A stretch of 64,000 nucleotides of DNA, taken from the NCBI GenBank assembly GCA_016184005.1, contig JACPDL010000003.1:380974-444973 (forward strand). Direction: 5' to 3'. Origin of the DNA: Candidatus Aenigmatarchaeota archaeon (GTDB lineage: Archaea; Aenigmatarchaeota; Aenigmatarchaeia; GW2011-AR5). Shown here piece by piece: positions 36,770 through 44,891 of this stretch. The translations under genes were made by a program, and so were the position numbers. The first letter of the stretch is position 1, and each line of letters begins with the position of its first letter. Below the pieces are notes generated by a model. It worked only from the letters and a program-made list of their open reading frames with translations, had not been told where the DNA came from and searched no databases.

Positions 36770-37112
36770 AAGGAGAAAACCTAGGTTTCCTGCAGAGAAC
36801 CTAAGTTCTCTGAGGTCTCAACTCGAGGAAAGCAAAGCTTTCCTGAGTCTTCAGAAACCTTTGGTTTCTGCAAGAAGAGCGAAGCTCTTTGCAGATCTCC
36901 TTTCTAATCCTCATTCCTAATCAAGAATATTATTTTTCTCGCTCAGAAAACAAAGTTTTCTGGCGTCTCAAAGAGCATGGCTCTTTGCAGATTTCCCAAG
37001 GATTTTCTTTTCTCTAAAGGAAGAGGGGTTATCTGCAGAAAGCAAAGCTTTCTGAGATGTCAGAATTGCTTTGCAATTCTGCACATAGGGGAGAAAACGC
37101 AGTTTCTCCCTA
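36770..37112. repeat. Tandem array of about ten different perfect hairpins (6-9-bp AG-rich stems, 3-6-nt loops) filling the aspS-downstream spacer.
   Basis: The hairpins read directly are AAACCTAGGTTT, CAGAGAAC-CTAA-GTTCTCTG, AGGAAAGC-AAA-GCTTTCCT, CAGAAACC-TTT-GGTTTCTG, AAGAGC-GAA-GCTCTT, CAGAAAAC-AAA-GTTTTCTG, CAAAGAGC-ATG-GCTCTTTG, CAGAAAGC-AAA-GCTTTCTG, CAGAATTGC-TTT-GCAATTCTG and GGGAGAAA-ACGCAG-TTTCTCCC. Confidence 0.7.
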
Positions 37113-38420
37113 TTATGGGGTTAGTCTGTCGACGTCCCGAGGGAAGAGGACAGCCTCCCTGACATTAGGCAGGTTGAGTATTTGCATCGTAAGCCTCTCG
37201 ATGCCTATAGAAAATCCGCCATGCGGCGGCACGCCGAACTTGAAGAAATCTGTGAACCATCTTATTGAATCCATGGACATCTTCTTCTCGCGAAGCTGCT
37301 GGACCAGCTTGTCATGCCTGTGCTCGCGCTGGCCGCCGGAGCTCATCTCCATGCCTTTGTAAATGAGGTCTATGCTGCGCGCCCATGTGGGATCTTTGTC
37401 CACGCGCATGACATAAAACGGCTTCTCTGCAAAAGGAAACCGGTTCACGAAAAAGAAATCAGAGCCGAACTCGTTCTTCACATACTCTCCGAGCTTCTTT
37501 TCTCCGTCTGAGCCGTAAGAAGCCTTCCCGTATTCAACTTTTTCGCCTAGTGTCTTCAGTACATCGTAAAGATCAGGAAATTCCAGCACGGGGAATTTCT
37601 TTTTCGGCACATCCAGTTTTATGCCAAGAATATCCAGCTCGTCCCTGCAGTCTTTCACAAGCCTCTCGATTGCAAATCTTATCATTTCTTCCTCGAGGCT
37701 GATGACGTCGTATTCGTCTGTTATGAAAGCCATCTCGGCAGCAATAGTCCTGTGCTCTGATAAATGCCTTGTGGTATGCGACAATTCTGCGCGCCAGCTC
37801 GGGCCAACGTCGTAAACACGCTCCAGGCCTGCAGCAACAGAGAGTTGCCTGTGAAGCTGGGGGTCCTGGCGCAAGAAAGCTTCCTTGTCGTAATAGACTA
37901 CGGAAAAAAGTTCGGCGCCGCTTTCTGATGCAGAGCCCATCAGCGACGGCGTAAATACCTGGACAAAGCCCTCTTTCTTCAGGAAAAGCTGCATTTCCTG
38001 GACGAGCGTTGACTGCACACGAAAGACGGCGTTGTGCTCAGGTTTCCTGAGGTCTATGCTTCTCCAGTCCAGCCTTTTGTCAAGCGTAGTCTTTATGCCG
38101 GGAGAGATATCAATAGGCAGGTTTTCAGCAAGTGAGATGACGTTGATATTTTTCGGCAGTATTTCGAGCTTGTTTGGCGCCTGCTTGTTGTCTACAACAT
38201 CGCCTGTAACAGAAATCACGGATTCCCTTTTCAGGTCCTTCAGCAATTCCATTATACTGTCGTCTGTTACGCCTTTCTTTGCTGTTATCTGCACGAGTCC
38301 GGTAAAATCGCGAACAACAGCAAACACAATGGAGCCGAGGACCCTTTTCTCGTGCAGCCATCCGGCTACAGTGATGTTCTTGCACGCTTTCAGTTCTTTT
38401 GCATAATGCGTTCGGAGCAT
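37113..38420 (-). CDS. aspS: Aspartyl-tRNA synthetase (archaeal class IIb).
   Basis: 435 aa. It has an N-terminal OB anticodon-binding domain, class II motif 2 (FFFVNRFPFAEKPFYVMR) and motif 3 (GGFSIGIERLTMQILNLPNVREAVLFPRD). Confidence 0.9.
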   Translation of the reverse strand: MLRTHYAKELKACKNITVAGWLHEKRVLGSIVFAVVRDFTGLVQITAKKGVTDDSIMELLKDLKRESVISVTGDVVDNKQAPNKLEILPKNINVISLAENLPIDISPGIKTTLDKRLDWRSIDLRKPEHNAVFRVQSTLVQEMQLFLKKEGFVQVFTPSLMGSASESGAELFSVVYYDKEAFLRQDPQLHRQLSVAAGLERVYDVGPSWRAELSHTTRHLSEHRTIAAEMAFITDEYDVISLEEEMIRFAIERLVKDCRDELDILGIKLDVPKKKFPVLEFPDLYDVLKTLGEKVEYGKASYGSDGEKKLGEYVKNEFGSDFFFVNRFPFAEKPFYVMRVDKDPTWARSIDLIYKGMEMSSGGQREHRHDKLVQQLREKKMSMDSIRWFTDFFKFGVPPHGGFSIGIERLTMQILNLPNVREAVLFPRDVDRLTP

Positions 38421-38461
38421 ACGGTATCAATTTTTATTTTATATCGTTCGGTTTCTCCTCA

Positions 38462-38722
38462 TCACATGTTATAAAAAAGAGTCCAGGAGACTATCCAAGC
38501 AAGGAAGAACGTGGTTACCGGGCTCAGCCACCACTTCTTTTCCTTTTTCACGCTGAAAGCCTTTTTTGCAAGTAATGAAAGGCAAATGAATGCCACGACT
38601 GCGACCGCCAGACTTACAAGCGGCCGGTTCAGCAGAAAGGACACATAACCGGTGACGATACCTGCGAGAACATTCGCAATAGTTACCTTGATTTCTTCGT
38701 CAAAATATTTCATATTCTTCAC
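38462..38722 (-). CDS. Small membrane protein.
   Basis: 86 aa with two or three TM helices. Its start overlaps the rnhB stop (ATGA). Confidence 0.3.
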   Translation of the reverse strand: MKNMKYFDEEIKVTIANVLAGIVTGYVSFLLNRPLVSLAVAVVAFICLSLLAKKAFSVKKEKKWWLSPVTTFFLAWIVSWTLFYNM

Positions 38723-39418
38723 TCAGTCCTGCTTATGAAGCTCATTACATTGCTTTGCTCTTTTTCTTTTTTCATCAATGTGGCCGTTATCCAGGACTTC
38801 CTTACAATGTCCGGGAAGTCTTTGTTATCTTGTAGCCAATTCTTTAAAAACGCTATAGTGCGTTCGTCGGAAGTGTAACCGGAGCCGAAGAAGCCGTATT
38901 TATGATGAAGCTTGCTTATTTCCGCGTCGCGATGAACCTTGGCAATTATCGAGGCTGCGCCGACCTCGGGGTATTTCTTGTCGGCAAAATTCTCCGCTAC
39001 CAGTTCAAACCGGGTGTGCTTGAGCCTGCAAAGGACCTTTTCCCTGAACCTTTTTGTATTTGCTTCTGGCGCATCGATCACCGCTTTTCCGGGGCAAAGC
39101 AGGTCTATCATCTGCTGCATGCGCTCTATCTCAATCCTGTTAAGATTGGTTTCCGTTCTTAATTTGTCTATTTCCTGCGGCGATATGGACAGCACAACAA
39201 GATCTTCAGCCATCTTCTTCAGCCTGGGCACGAGGCTTTCCCTTTTCTCAGGCGTAAGTTGCTTTGAGTCTTTGACGCCCAGTTCCCTTAGCTCTCCAAT
39301 CTTGCCTTCCTTCACAAGATAGCCGCACATCACAAGCGGGCCGATGACAGGTCCTAACGGCAAGTGAAACTAAATTTCACTTTCTACCGGCTTCATCGAT
39401 ACCCAAAACATTTCTCAA
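38719..39418 (-). CDS. rnhB: Ribonuclease HII interrupted by a 28-nt BHB intron. Exon 1 runs from about 39384 to a TTG start (39404-39406 or 39416-39418). The intron is 39356..39383. Exon 2 is 38719..39355.
   Basis: The ORF-track ORF starts with TTG at LPLGPVIGPLV and lacks the catalytic DEAGRG motif. Immediately upstream, in another frame, lies GGT ATC GAT GAA GCC GGT AGA (GIDEAGR). Removing 28 nt (A-AAGTGAAA-TTTAG-TTTCACTT-GCCG-TT) joins the two pieces as GIDEAGR-GPVIGPLV, the canonical RNase HII N-terminus. The downstream motifs IDAPE, ADKKYPEVGAASIIAK and GSGYTSD are intact. Confidence 0.7.
39356..39383 (-). ncRNA. 28-nt bulge-helix-bulge intron inside the rnhB coding region.
   Basis: The central 4-bp helix is CGGT (exon 1 end) paired with GCCG (intron). 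Each side has a 3-nt bulge (AG|A and TT|A), with cuts after the second bulge nucleotide. The distal helix is 8 bp, AAGTGAAA/TTTCACTT, with loop TTTAG. The architecture matches the tRNA-Lys intron 1 and tRNA-iMet T-loop intron in this window. Confidence 0.65.
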
Positions 39419-40431
39419 ATCACTATCACCTCTTTATCTATAGGTAACTTGTTCCATAAGTATTGTTTTTGTTGTATTAATTTCAATCTCTGCATTTCGT
39501 CGAGTCTCTTTTTTGCAGCTTTCCAGTTTACATCTAATAGTTTAGCAATTTCGCTTGTTTTACATGGGATTTCAAGAAGTTGTAGTATTTCTGACTTTCT
39601 TTGGGAAATAATAATCATATTCAAGTCTGATCTAATCCAGTAATCTCTACTAAGACATCTATAATTTGTAATTTTACCTTCTCTTTTTAATGCTGTTAAG
39701 TGATCTTGCAGAGTAGCTTGTTTTCGATTAAAAATTATAGAAAGTTCTTTGCTAGTTACAGGCTTTGAAAGGTATTGTAAAATATTATTTCTGATATAAT
39801 TTGACGGATAGTGAATTTCTTTGAAAGATTTCCAAGTAGCTAAGAACTTAGCTCTTTTATCTGGATGCAAAACAAATAAATTATATTTATAAAATTTTTC
39901 CCAATTACTCCAACCAGTAATTACATAGGCACGTTCACGTGTGGAAAAGGTGGATTTTATATCAAGATATTTTAGTATTTTATCTATCAACTCTATCTTT
40001 TCTTTTTGAGCAATTCTTATTGTTCTGTTAGAATGAACTCCTGATTTTATATTGCCTTCTCCTGCAAAAAATCCTTTCAGTACGGGAACAAAATATTTTT
40101 CCTGTGATGTAATTTTAGATACTATTTTTCTCCATTTTATTACATCTTTAGTATTCGCATAACGCAAAATGTGATATGGTTTTCTAGCTCTAATATCTTT
40201 ATAGAGTTGGGCTCTGCAATTTCTTAACTTCAATGATTGACCACCATTAGGTGAATAAGTATAAAGTCTGAATTTATTTTTAGGAAATATTTTTGAAAGT
40301 GTTTGATAGAATAGCTTGACAAGTAATTCACAATTATTTGTAAAAGTTATTTCTCTAATTGTTTTATCATCTCCTTCAGCAATCCAAAGTCCGACACATT
40401 CTGCTAATCTATTGGACCAATTATCTGTCAT
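39415..40431 (-). CDS. Free-standing double-motif LAGLIDADG homing endonuclease with a C-terminal winged-helix domain.
   Basis: 338 aa. The two LAGLIDADG-like motifs are ECVGLWIAEGD and LKGFFAGEGNI. A C-terminal HTH (SEIAKLLDVNWKAAKKRLDEM) follows. The gene is AT-rich (about 30% GC), unlike its neighbours. Confidence 0.6.
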   Translation of the reverse strand: MTDNWSNRLAECVGLWIAEGDDKTIREITFTNNCELLVKLFYQTLSKIFPKNKFRLYTYSPNGGQSLKLRNCRAQLYKDIRARKPYHILRYANTKDVIKWRKIVSKITSQEKYFVPVLKGFFAGEGNIKSGVHSNRTIRIAQKEKIELIDKILKYLDIKSTFSTRERAYVITGWSNWEKFYKYNLFVLHPDKRAKFLATWKSFKEIHYPSNYIRNNILQYLSKPVTSKELSIIFNRKQATLQDHLTALKREGKITNYRCLSRDYWIRSDLNMIIISQRKSEILQLLEIPCKTSEIAKLLDVNWKAAKKRLDEMQRLKLIQQKQYLWNKLPIDKEVIVI

Positions 40432-40540
40432 CAGTCTATAATTCTATATTTAGAGCTATAAAATTATCTGTAGTAAAGAAACTAGAACTTTACTGAAGTA
40501 ACTCATCAATTAGAATAAATACAGCGTTTTAAAAGAAGAG

Positions 40541-40798
40541 CTATCTTCCGTCGCGTGTAATGATTCGTCCCCTATAGGAATTGTTTACTGGAACAGGAAC
40601 CGGTACGGGCGAGAGTGCATATCCCATGCGTTCCAATATTGAACCAAGATATCCGCCTTTCTTGAAGGCGTGATGCAGTTGTAATGCAAGTCTTGGATCA
40701 GAAGTAAGTTCCTGCAAGCTATGTGGCTGTGGATAATGCCTCATTACTATTCTATTAATGAAATAACTATTTATTTCTACGATTAAAATTCCTGCCAT
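40541..40798 (-). CDS. Hypothetical protein.
   Basis: 85-aa ORF between the LAGLIDADG genes. It has a Pro-Val repeat (PVPVPVPV). Low confidence that it is real. Confidence 0.25.
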   Translation of the reverse strand: MAGILIVEINSYFINRIVMRHYPQPHSLQELTSDPRLALQLHHAFKKGGYLGSILERMGYALSPVPVPVPVNNSYRGRIITRDGR

Positions 40799-40831
40799 TT
40801 ATAAACATTTGCTCCCATTTGTTATTGCTAT

Positions 40832-40968
40832 AGCGGAGTGGAGCATTGATTTTAGAAATTTCTATAATCACTCGAAGCCTGGAGTGCTCGTCGGGCCCAT
40901 AACCCGAAGGCCAGAGGTTCAAAAACAAGTCACAAAAATGGGACTTGTGGAATTTCCTCTCTCCGCTA
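40832..40968 (+). tRNA. Initiator tRNA-Met (anticodon CAU) with two non-canonical introns, one in the D arm (about 31-34 nt) and one in the T loop (40924-40954).
   Basis: It has an A1:U72 acceptor pair (AGCGGAG/CTCCGCT, discriminator A). The anticodon stem TCGGG/CCCGA has three consecutive G:C pairs. The anticodon loop is CCCATAA (CAU). The T stem AGAGG/CCTCT is split by a 31-nt insert with the BHB layout A-ACAAGTC-loop-GACTTGT-GGAA-TT (central helix TTCA/GGAA, 3 of 4 pairs). The D stem GAGC/GCTC is separated by about 41 nt that includes the hairpin GATT-T-TAGAAATTTCTA-TA-ATC. The exact D-arm junction is ambiguous. Confidence 0.7.
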
Positions 40969-41733
40969 TTTACTATTTAATTCTTGTAAAGCAGAAAATG
41001 CTCTTTTATTATTCTTATTCCTTTCCTTCCAAAGTTGGAATTTTTTAAGATGTTTTGGATGACGAAAACCTATAAGCTGCATCCATTTCACAAGTTGTAA
41101 ATGGCCATAAATAGCGATTTCGTACTTGAGTATTTTCTTTTTTACTCTTGGATCATAATAATTATGTGTAAATCTACTTACACTAAAACCTTCTGATTCC
41201 AAGAAGTCAGCTATTTCATCTCTTAATATTCTTGACTTTGATACTCCATTTATTACAGGATAATATTGATAATTCTTGTATCTTCTTTTTAACGAGATGC
41301 ATAAATCTGTATCTGCAAATCCTTGTATAAAAGATTTCATCATTTCTTTACTATCTAAGAAAATTGTTGGTATTTTAATATTGTCTTTTCGCCCACTTGG
41401 AAGACCTATAATTTTCGTTAAAAATAAAACCAACGATTTAGATCGTAGTGTAAATCCATAAGTATTATCCCTTTCATGTAGTTTATTCTTAATCTTGGAG
41501 TTAAATAATTTGTAGAACAAATCTAACAAAACTTTATCATAAAATTCTCTTTCATCAAGCTGATTGCCGAGACACGTTACAGAATATTCATGTTTATCAA
41601 ATCTCGTATGTATATTTCCATCTCCTGCTAGAACACCACAAACATAGGCAAGATCTTTTGTAGATTCAATTGGAAGAAAGAAATCTTTTGATTTTTCCTG
41701 TCTAGTCAATTCTATAGTAGAAATATCTAACAT
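40966..41733 (-). CDS. Free-standing double-motif LAGLIDADG homing endonuclease.
   Basis: 255 aa. The motifs are LAYVCGVLAGDGNI and FIQGFADTDLCI. AT-rich. Its TAG stop overlaps the 3' end of tRNA-iMet by 3 nt. Confidence 0.65.
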   Translation of the reverse strand: MLDISTIELTRQEKSKDFFLPIESTKDLAYVCGVLAGDGNIHTRFDKHEYSVTCLGNQLDEREFYDKVLLDLFYKLFNSKIKNKLHERDNTYGFTLRSKSLVLFLTKIIGLPSGRKDNIKIPTIFLDSKEMMKSFIQGFADTDLCISLKRRYKNYQYYPVINGVSKSRILRDEIADFLESEGFSVSRFTHNYYDPRVKKKILKYEIAIYGHLQLVKWMQLIGFRHPKHLKKFQLWKERNKNNKRAFSALQELNSK

Positions 41734-41834
41734 AACACCAAAATATTTTATAGGAGTTATCCTCTATATACTTTTTGCTTTTGCAAAACAGCTTTTTCGA
41801 AAGTTTGAGAATATCCAACCTCCTATTCTCTTTG

Positions 41835-41840
41835 CTTTAA
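41835..41840 (+). promoter_or_regulatory. Putative TATA box (TTTAAA), about 26-31 nt upstream of the Pus10 ATG.
   Basis: AT-rich hexamer at the archaeal promoter distance for a leaderless transcript. Confidence 0.3.
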
Positions 41841-41865
41841 AGGTTATTTCTGGAATGATATATCC

Positions 41866-43083
41866 ATGAACCTCCTCGAAAAAACGTTGCGGATTCTTGA
41901 GCAGCCGGCATGCGATAACTGCCTTGGTCGGCAATTTGGGCAGCTGCTTTCAGGTTTTACAAATAATGAAAGAGGGAAGCTGCTAAGAACAATTGCTGCA
42001 ATGTCCATAGACAACGAAGACTACAAAGGGGCTGCAGACATGTCGAATTTTCATGACTACGCCTTCCATAATCTCGAGATCAAAGCCAAAACAGCAGGAA
42101 AGCAGTGCTCTGTTTGCGGCGATATTTTCGCCCGCCTGGAAAAATACGCCGAGAAGATTGCAAAAAACAGGCAATATGGGTACAAAACATTTCTCATAGG
42201 CACGAGGCTTTCTTCCGGCCTCATTGAAAAGGAAGAAGCGCTATGGGAACGCGTTGGAATAGACTATTGCGAGCCGTTAAAGGCCGAGATAAACCGCGAA
42301 ATTGGAAAACTTGCAGAAGCAGCAACAAAGGCGCGGTTCAGCAGGAAGAACCCTGATGTGAACATGATTGTCAACTTTGGAAGCGGAAGGATAGAAATCA
42401 CTCCAAATCCTATTTTCATTTATGGCGAGTACCAGAAACTCAAGCGCGGCATACCCCAGACAAGATGGCCATCAAAGAAATACAGGACCAGCGTAGAGGA
42501 GATAATTGCAAAGCCGTTCATGCTGGCTACTCGCGGAAGAGGGCACAAACTTCATGGAATGGGCCGCGAAGATATAGATGCAAGATGCCTCGCATGGCGG
42601 CCGTTTGTTCTTGAAATTATAGGTCCGAAAAAGCGTGAAACTGCAATGAAAAAACTTGCCGGAAAAATAGGAAAAGAAGTCAAGGTCAGGAATTTGCGGC
42701 CGTCAAACATTGAAGAAGTCAGGCGAATAAAAGAAGCGCGCACCGACAAGACATACAGGGCTGTTGTGAAATGCAATAAACCAGCCAGCAAAGAGGATCT
42801 TGAGAAAATAAAGAGTATTGTGGGGGAAATAAGCCAAAGAACGCCCAAGCGGGTTTTGCACCGGCGCGCTGATCTGCGCCGCAAAAGGCACGTAAAACAA
42901 ATAAAATACAAGTACATGGACAAAAAGACATTCCTGCTTGAAATTCGTGGTGAAGCAGGCCTCTATATTAAAGAGCTCATAAGCGGCGACGGGGGAAGGA
43001 CACGGCCAAGCATATCCGAGCTGCTGAAGAATGAATGCACGTGCAAGGAACTGGACGTGATGAAAATACATGTCAAAGGCTGA
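41866..43083 (+). CDS. pus10: tRNA pseudouridine(54/55) synthase Pus10.
   Basis: 405 aa. An N-terminal Zn-ribbon (CDNC...CSVCGD) is present. The C-terminal catalytic region carries GREDIDARCLAWRPFVLEI and RTPKRVLHRRADLRRKRHV, blocks typical of archaeal Pus10. Confidence 0.65.
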   Translation: MNLLEKTLRILEQPACDNCLGRQFGQLLSGFTNNERGKLLRTIAAMSIDNEDYKGAADMSNFHDYAFHNLEIKAKTAGKQCSVCGDIFARLEKYAEKIAKNRQYGYKTFLIGTRLSSGLIEKEEALWERVGIDYCEPLKAEINREIGKLAEAATKARFSRKNPDVNMIVNFGSGRIEITPNPIFIYGEYQKLKRGIPQTRWPSKKYRTSVEEIIAKPFMLATRGRGHKLHGMGREDIDARCLAWRPFVLEIIGPKKRETAMKKLAGKIGKEVKVRNLRPSNIEEVRRIKEARTDKTYRAVVKCNKPASKEDLEKIKSIVGEISQRTPKRVLHRRADLRRKRHVKQIKYKYMDKKTFLLEIRGEAGLYIKELISGDGGRTRPSISELLKNECTCKELDVMKIHVKG

Positions 43084-43276
43084 AGCTGCAGACGTTCCTT
43101 ATTTTATTCAGGTTCGTGGCTGCATAAACTGCAGTGCGTCGAAAGAACATAAGAAGAGATTTGGGGAATTTTATCAGGAAATAGGCGTGCCTGTTGACAG
43201 CTTTATAGGTCAGATGGCAGCCGGAAAGTAGACTTTTAAACTTTTGTTTGAATGATGGTAAAGGCTTGTTGATAAT

Positions 43277-43561
43277 ATGGTGCGAAAATCTTACGGAAAG
43301 ATGAGAAAATCAAGGAACAGGCTGTCAGGCAAGAAAGCAAGCGGCATAGGGTCTTACATAAGAAAGTTCTCTCCTGGCGATGCAGTACATGTGGATTTCC
43401 TGCCAAGCTCAAAGCTCCCGCACACGCGTTTCCAGGGAGCAACAGGAAAGATAATCGAGAAAAGAGGCAGGAGCTACATGGTTCAGATCACAGACCATGA
43501 TGCGACGAAGACTCTTTTCCTGAGGCCAGAGCATCTCAAGCCGCAAAAAAATAAAAACTGA
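43277..43561 (+). CDS. rpl21e: 50S ribosomal protein L21e.
   Basis: 94 aa. The sequence MVRKSYGKMRKSRNRLS...FSPGDAVHVDFLPS...RFQGATGKIIEKRGRSYMVQI is typical L21e. Confidence 0.85.
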   Translation: MVRKSYGKMRKSRNRLSGKKASGIGSYIRKFSPGDAVHVDFLPSSKLPHTRFQGATGKIIEKRGRSYMVQITDHDATKTLFLRPEHLKPQKNKN

Positions 43562-43590
43562 GAGAGGATTATAATGATAAATAAAGAGAA

Positions 43591-43651
43591 GAGGTCTTTG
43601 TTTTCTTTGGGACATACAAAGACCTTTCTTTTCTGAAAAGAAAGGGATTTG
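43591..43651 (-). repeat. 57-nt two-hairpin element (copy C), between rpl21e and rpoF.
   Basis: The reverse complement reads caaatccc-TTTCTTTT-cag-AAAAGAAA-gGTCTTTGT-atgtcccaaagaaa-ACAAAGACc. It has the same architecture as copies A and B, with compensating stem changes. Confidence 0.55.
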
Positions 43652-43984
43652 TTTATGGAACTGATCGAAGAAGAGGACATAACTGTGCCGGAAGCGAAAA
43701 GGATACTTGAGGAAAGGAAGGGAGAAAGGGATCTTGTTTACGAGCAGAAGATATGCCTGGAATACCTGGAAAAGGTGCCAAAGCTCACACAGGCTCAGCT
43801 GAAAAACATAATTGAAGATCTGGGCAAAATAGCAATCCTGAAGCCGCGATACATAGCCCTGATAATCAACATACTTCCTGACACAGATGAGGAAGTCGAG
43901 ATGCTTTTTTCCAAGGAAAGAACAAACCTGAAGAAAGAGGAAATCAAGCAGATTGTAGAGATCGTCAAGAAATACAAGAAATAA
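43649..43984 (+). CDS. rpoF: DNA-directed RNA polymerase subunit F (Rpo4).
   Basis: 111 aa with a TTG start. The pattern V-x-EA...YEQ...L-x-YL-x-K...ILP...IV-x-KY matches archaeal RpoF. The rpl21e-rpoF-DUF655 order is conserved in archaea. Confidence 0.7.
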   Translation: MFMELIEEEDITVPEAKRILEERKGERDLVYEQKICLEYLEKVPKLTQAQLKNIIEDLGKIAILKPRYIALIINILPDTDEEVEMLFSKERTNLKKEEIKQIVEIVKKYKK

Positions 43985-44330
43985 ATCAGTTTACCTTCTT
44001 TTTCTGATCGAATTCCAGTTCAACGCCGCCCACGCGTTTTGCCATAACGTTGTACAGGAATGCAGAAACTGCACCCATAATGAACATTGCGTGCTCTAAT
44101 CAAATTTCATATCCCGGTTCTTAAATAGCTATTAACAATCTGATTTTTTACTAAGGGAAAAGAGGTTACATGGTGAAGCAAAGCTCCACCTGTACAGGTG
44201 GAATCAAAGATTCCACCATGTAGAAGGAGAAAAACCGTAGGTTTGTTCTCCTCTTTTAAAGTTGATTATCCATATTCAAGAAAAGCAGGAAAACATCTAT
44301 GAGTGATAAGAGTGTTTGAGGTAATGACAA

Positions 44331-44882
44331 ATGAAAGAAGAGACATGCATAATCCTAGATTTTTTGCCAACAGGATATCCGGACAGAAGACACGCGGAAC
44401 CAGTAGCCCAAGCCATAGGCAGCTCCTTCTTCTCGCTGCTTGAGCTTGTACCGCGGGAAGACGTTACATTGCGCCCCGAGGAAGAAGTCTACATAGGCGA
44501 AGGCAAGCGCGACAAGATAAGGTTCATAAAAGGCCAGATTGAGTACAGAAACCTTACAAACCATTCACAAAGAACGCTGGAAGAAATAATAGAAAAGCTG
44601 GTAAAGAAGAACGAAGCGCGTTTTGTGGATTTCTTCAACAAGGGCTACTCTATCACGCCCAGAATGCACCAGTTCCAGTTGCTGCCAGGCGTCGGCAAGA
44701 AGCACCTGATAGACATACTTGACGAGAAGAGAAAGAAACCGTTTGAAAGTTTCAAGGACATCAGCGAAAGGGTAAAACTTTTCCCTGATCCTGCGAAAAT
44801 CATAGTGAGACGCATAATCGAAGAGCTCACCGGGGATGAAAAATACTATCTTTTTGTGGCACAGCCCAGAAAAAGGATGTGA
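44331..44882 (+). CDS. DUF655-family RNA-binding protein (conserved partner of archaeal rpoF).
   Basis: 183 aa. A helix-hairpin-helix-like C-terminal part is present (LLPGVGKKHLIDILDEKRKK). The gene position is conserved. Confidence 0.65.
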   Translation: MKEETCIILDFLPTGYPDRRHAEPVAQAIGSSFFSLLELVPREDVTLRPEEEVYIGEGKRDKIRFIKGQIEYRNLTNHSQRTLEEIIEKLVKKNEARFVDFFNKGYSITPRMHQFQLLPGVGKKHLIDILDEKRKKPFESFKDISERVKLFPDPAKIIVRRIIEELTGDEKYYLFVAQPRKRM

Positions 44883-44891
44883 TTGTTTCCT

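Noticed and set aside
36770-37112. A CRISPR array.
   Set aside because: The hairpins all differ in sequence and are not separated by unique spacers of regular length. There are no direct repeats.
39364-39414. An alternative rnhB start at the upstream ATG giving MKPVESEI.
   Set aside because: That frame runs into TAG after eight codons and is the continuation frame of the LAGLIDADG gene. The GIDEAGR frame is the one that matches the RNase HII family.
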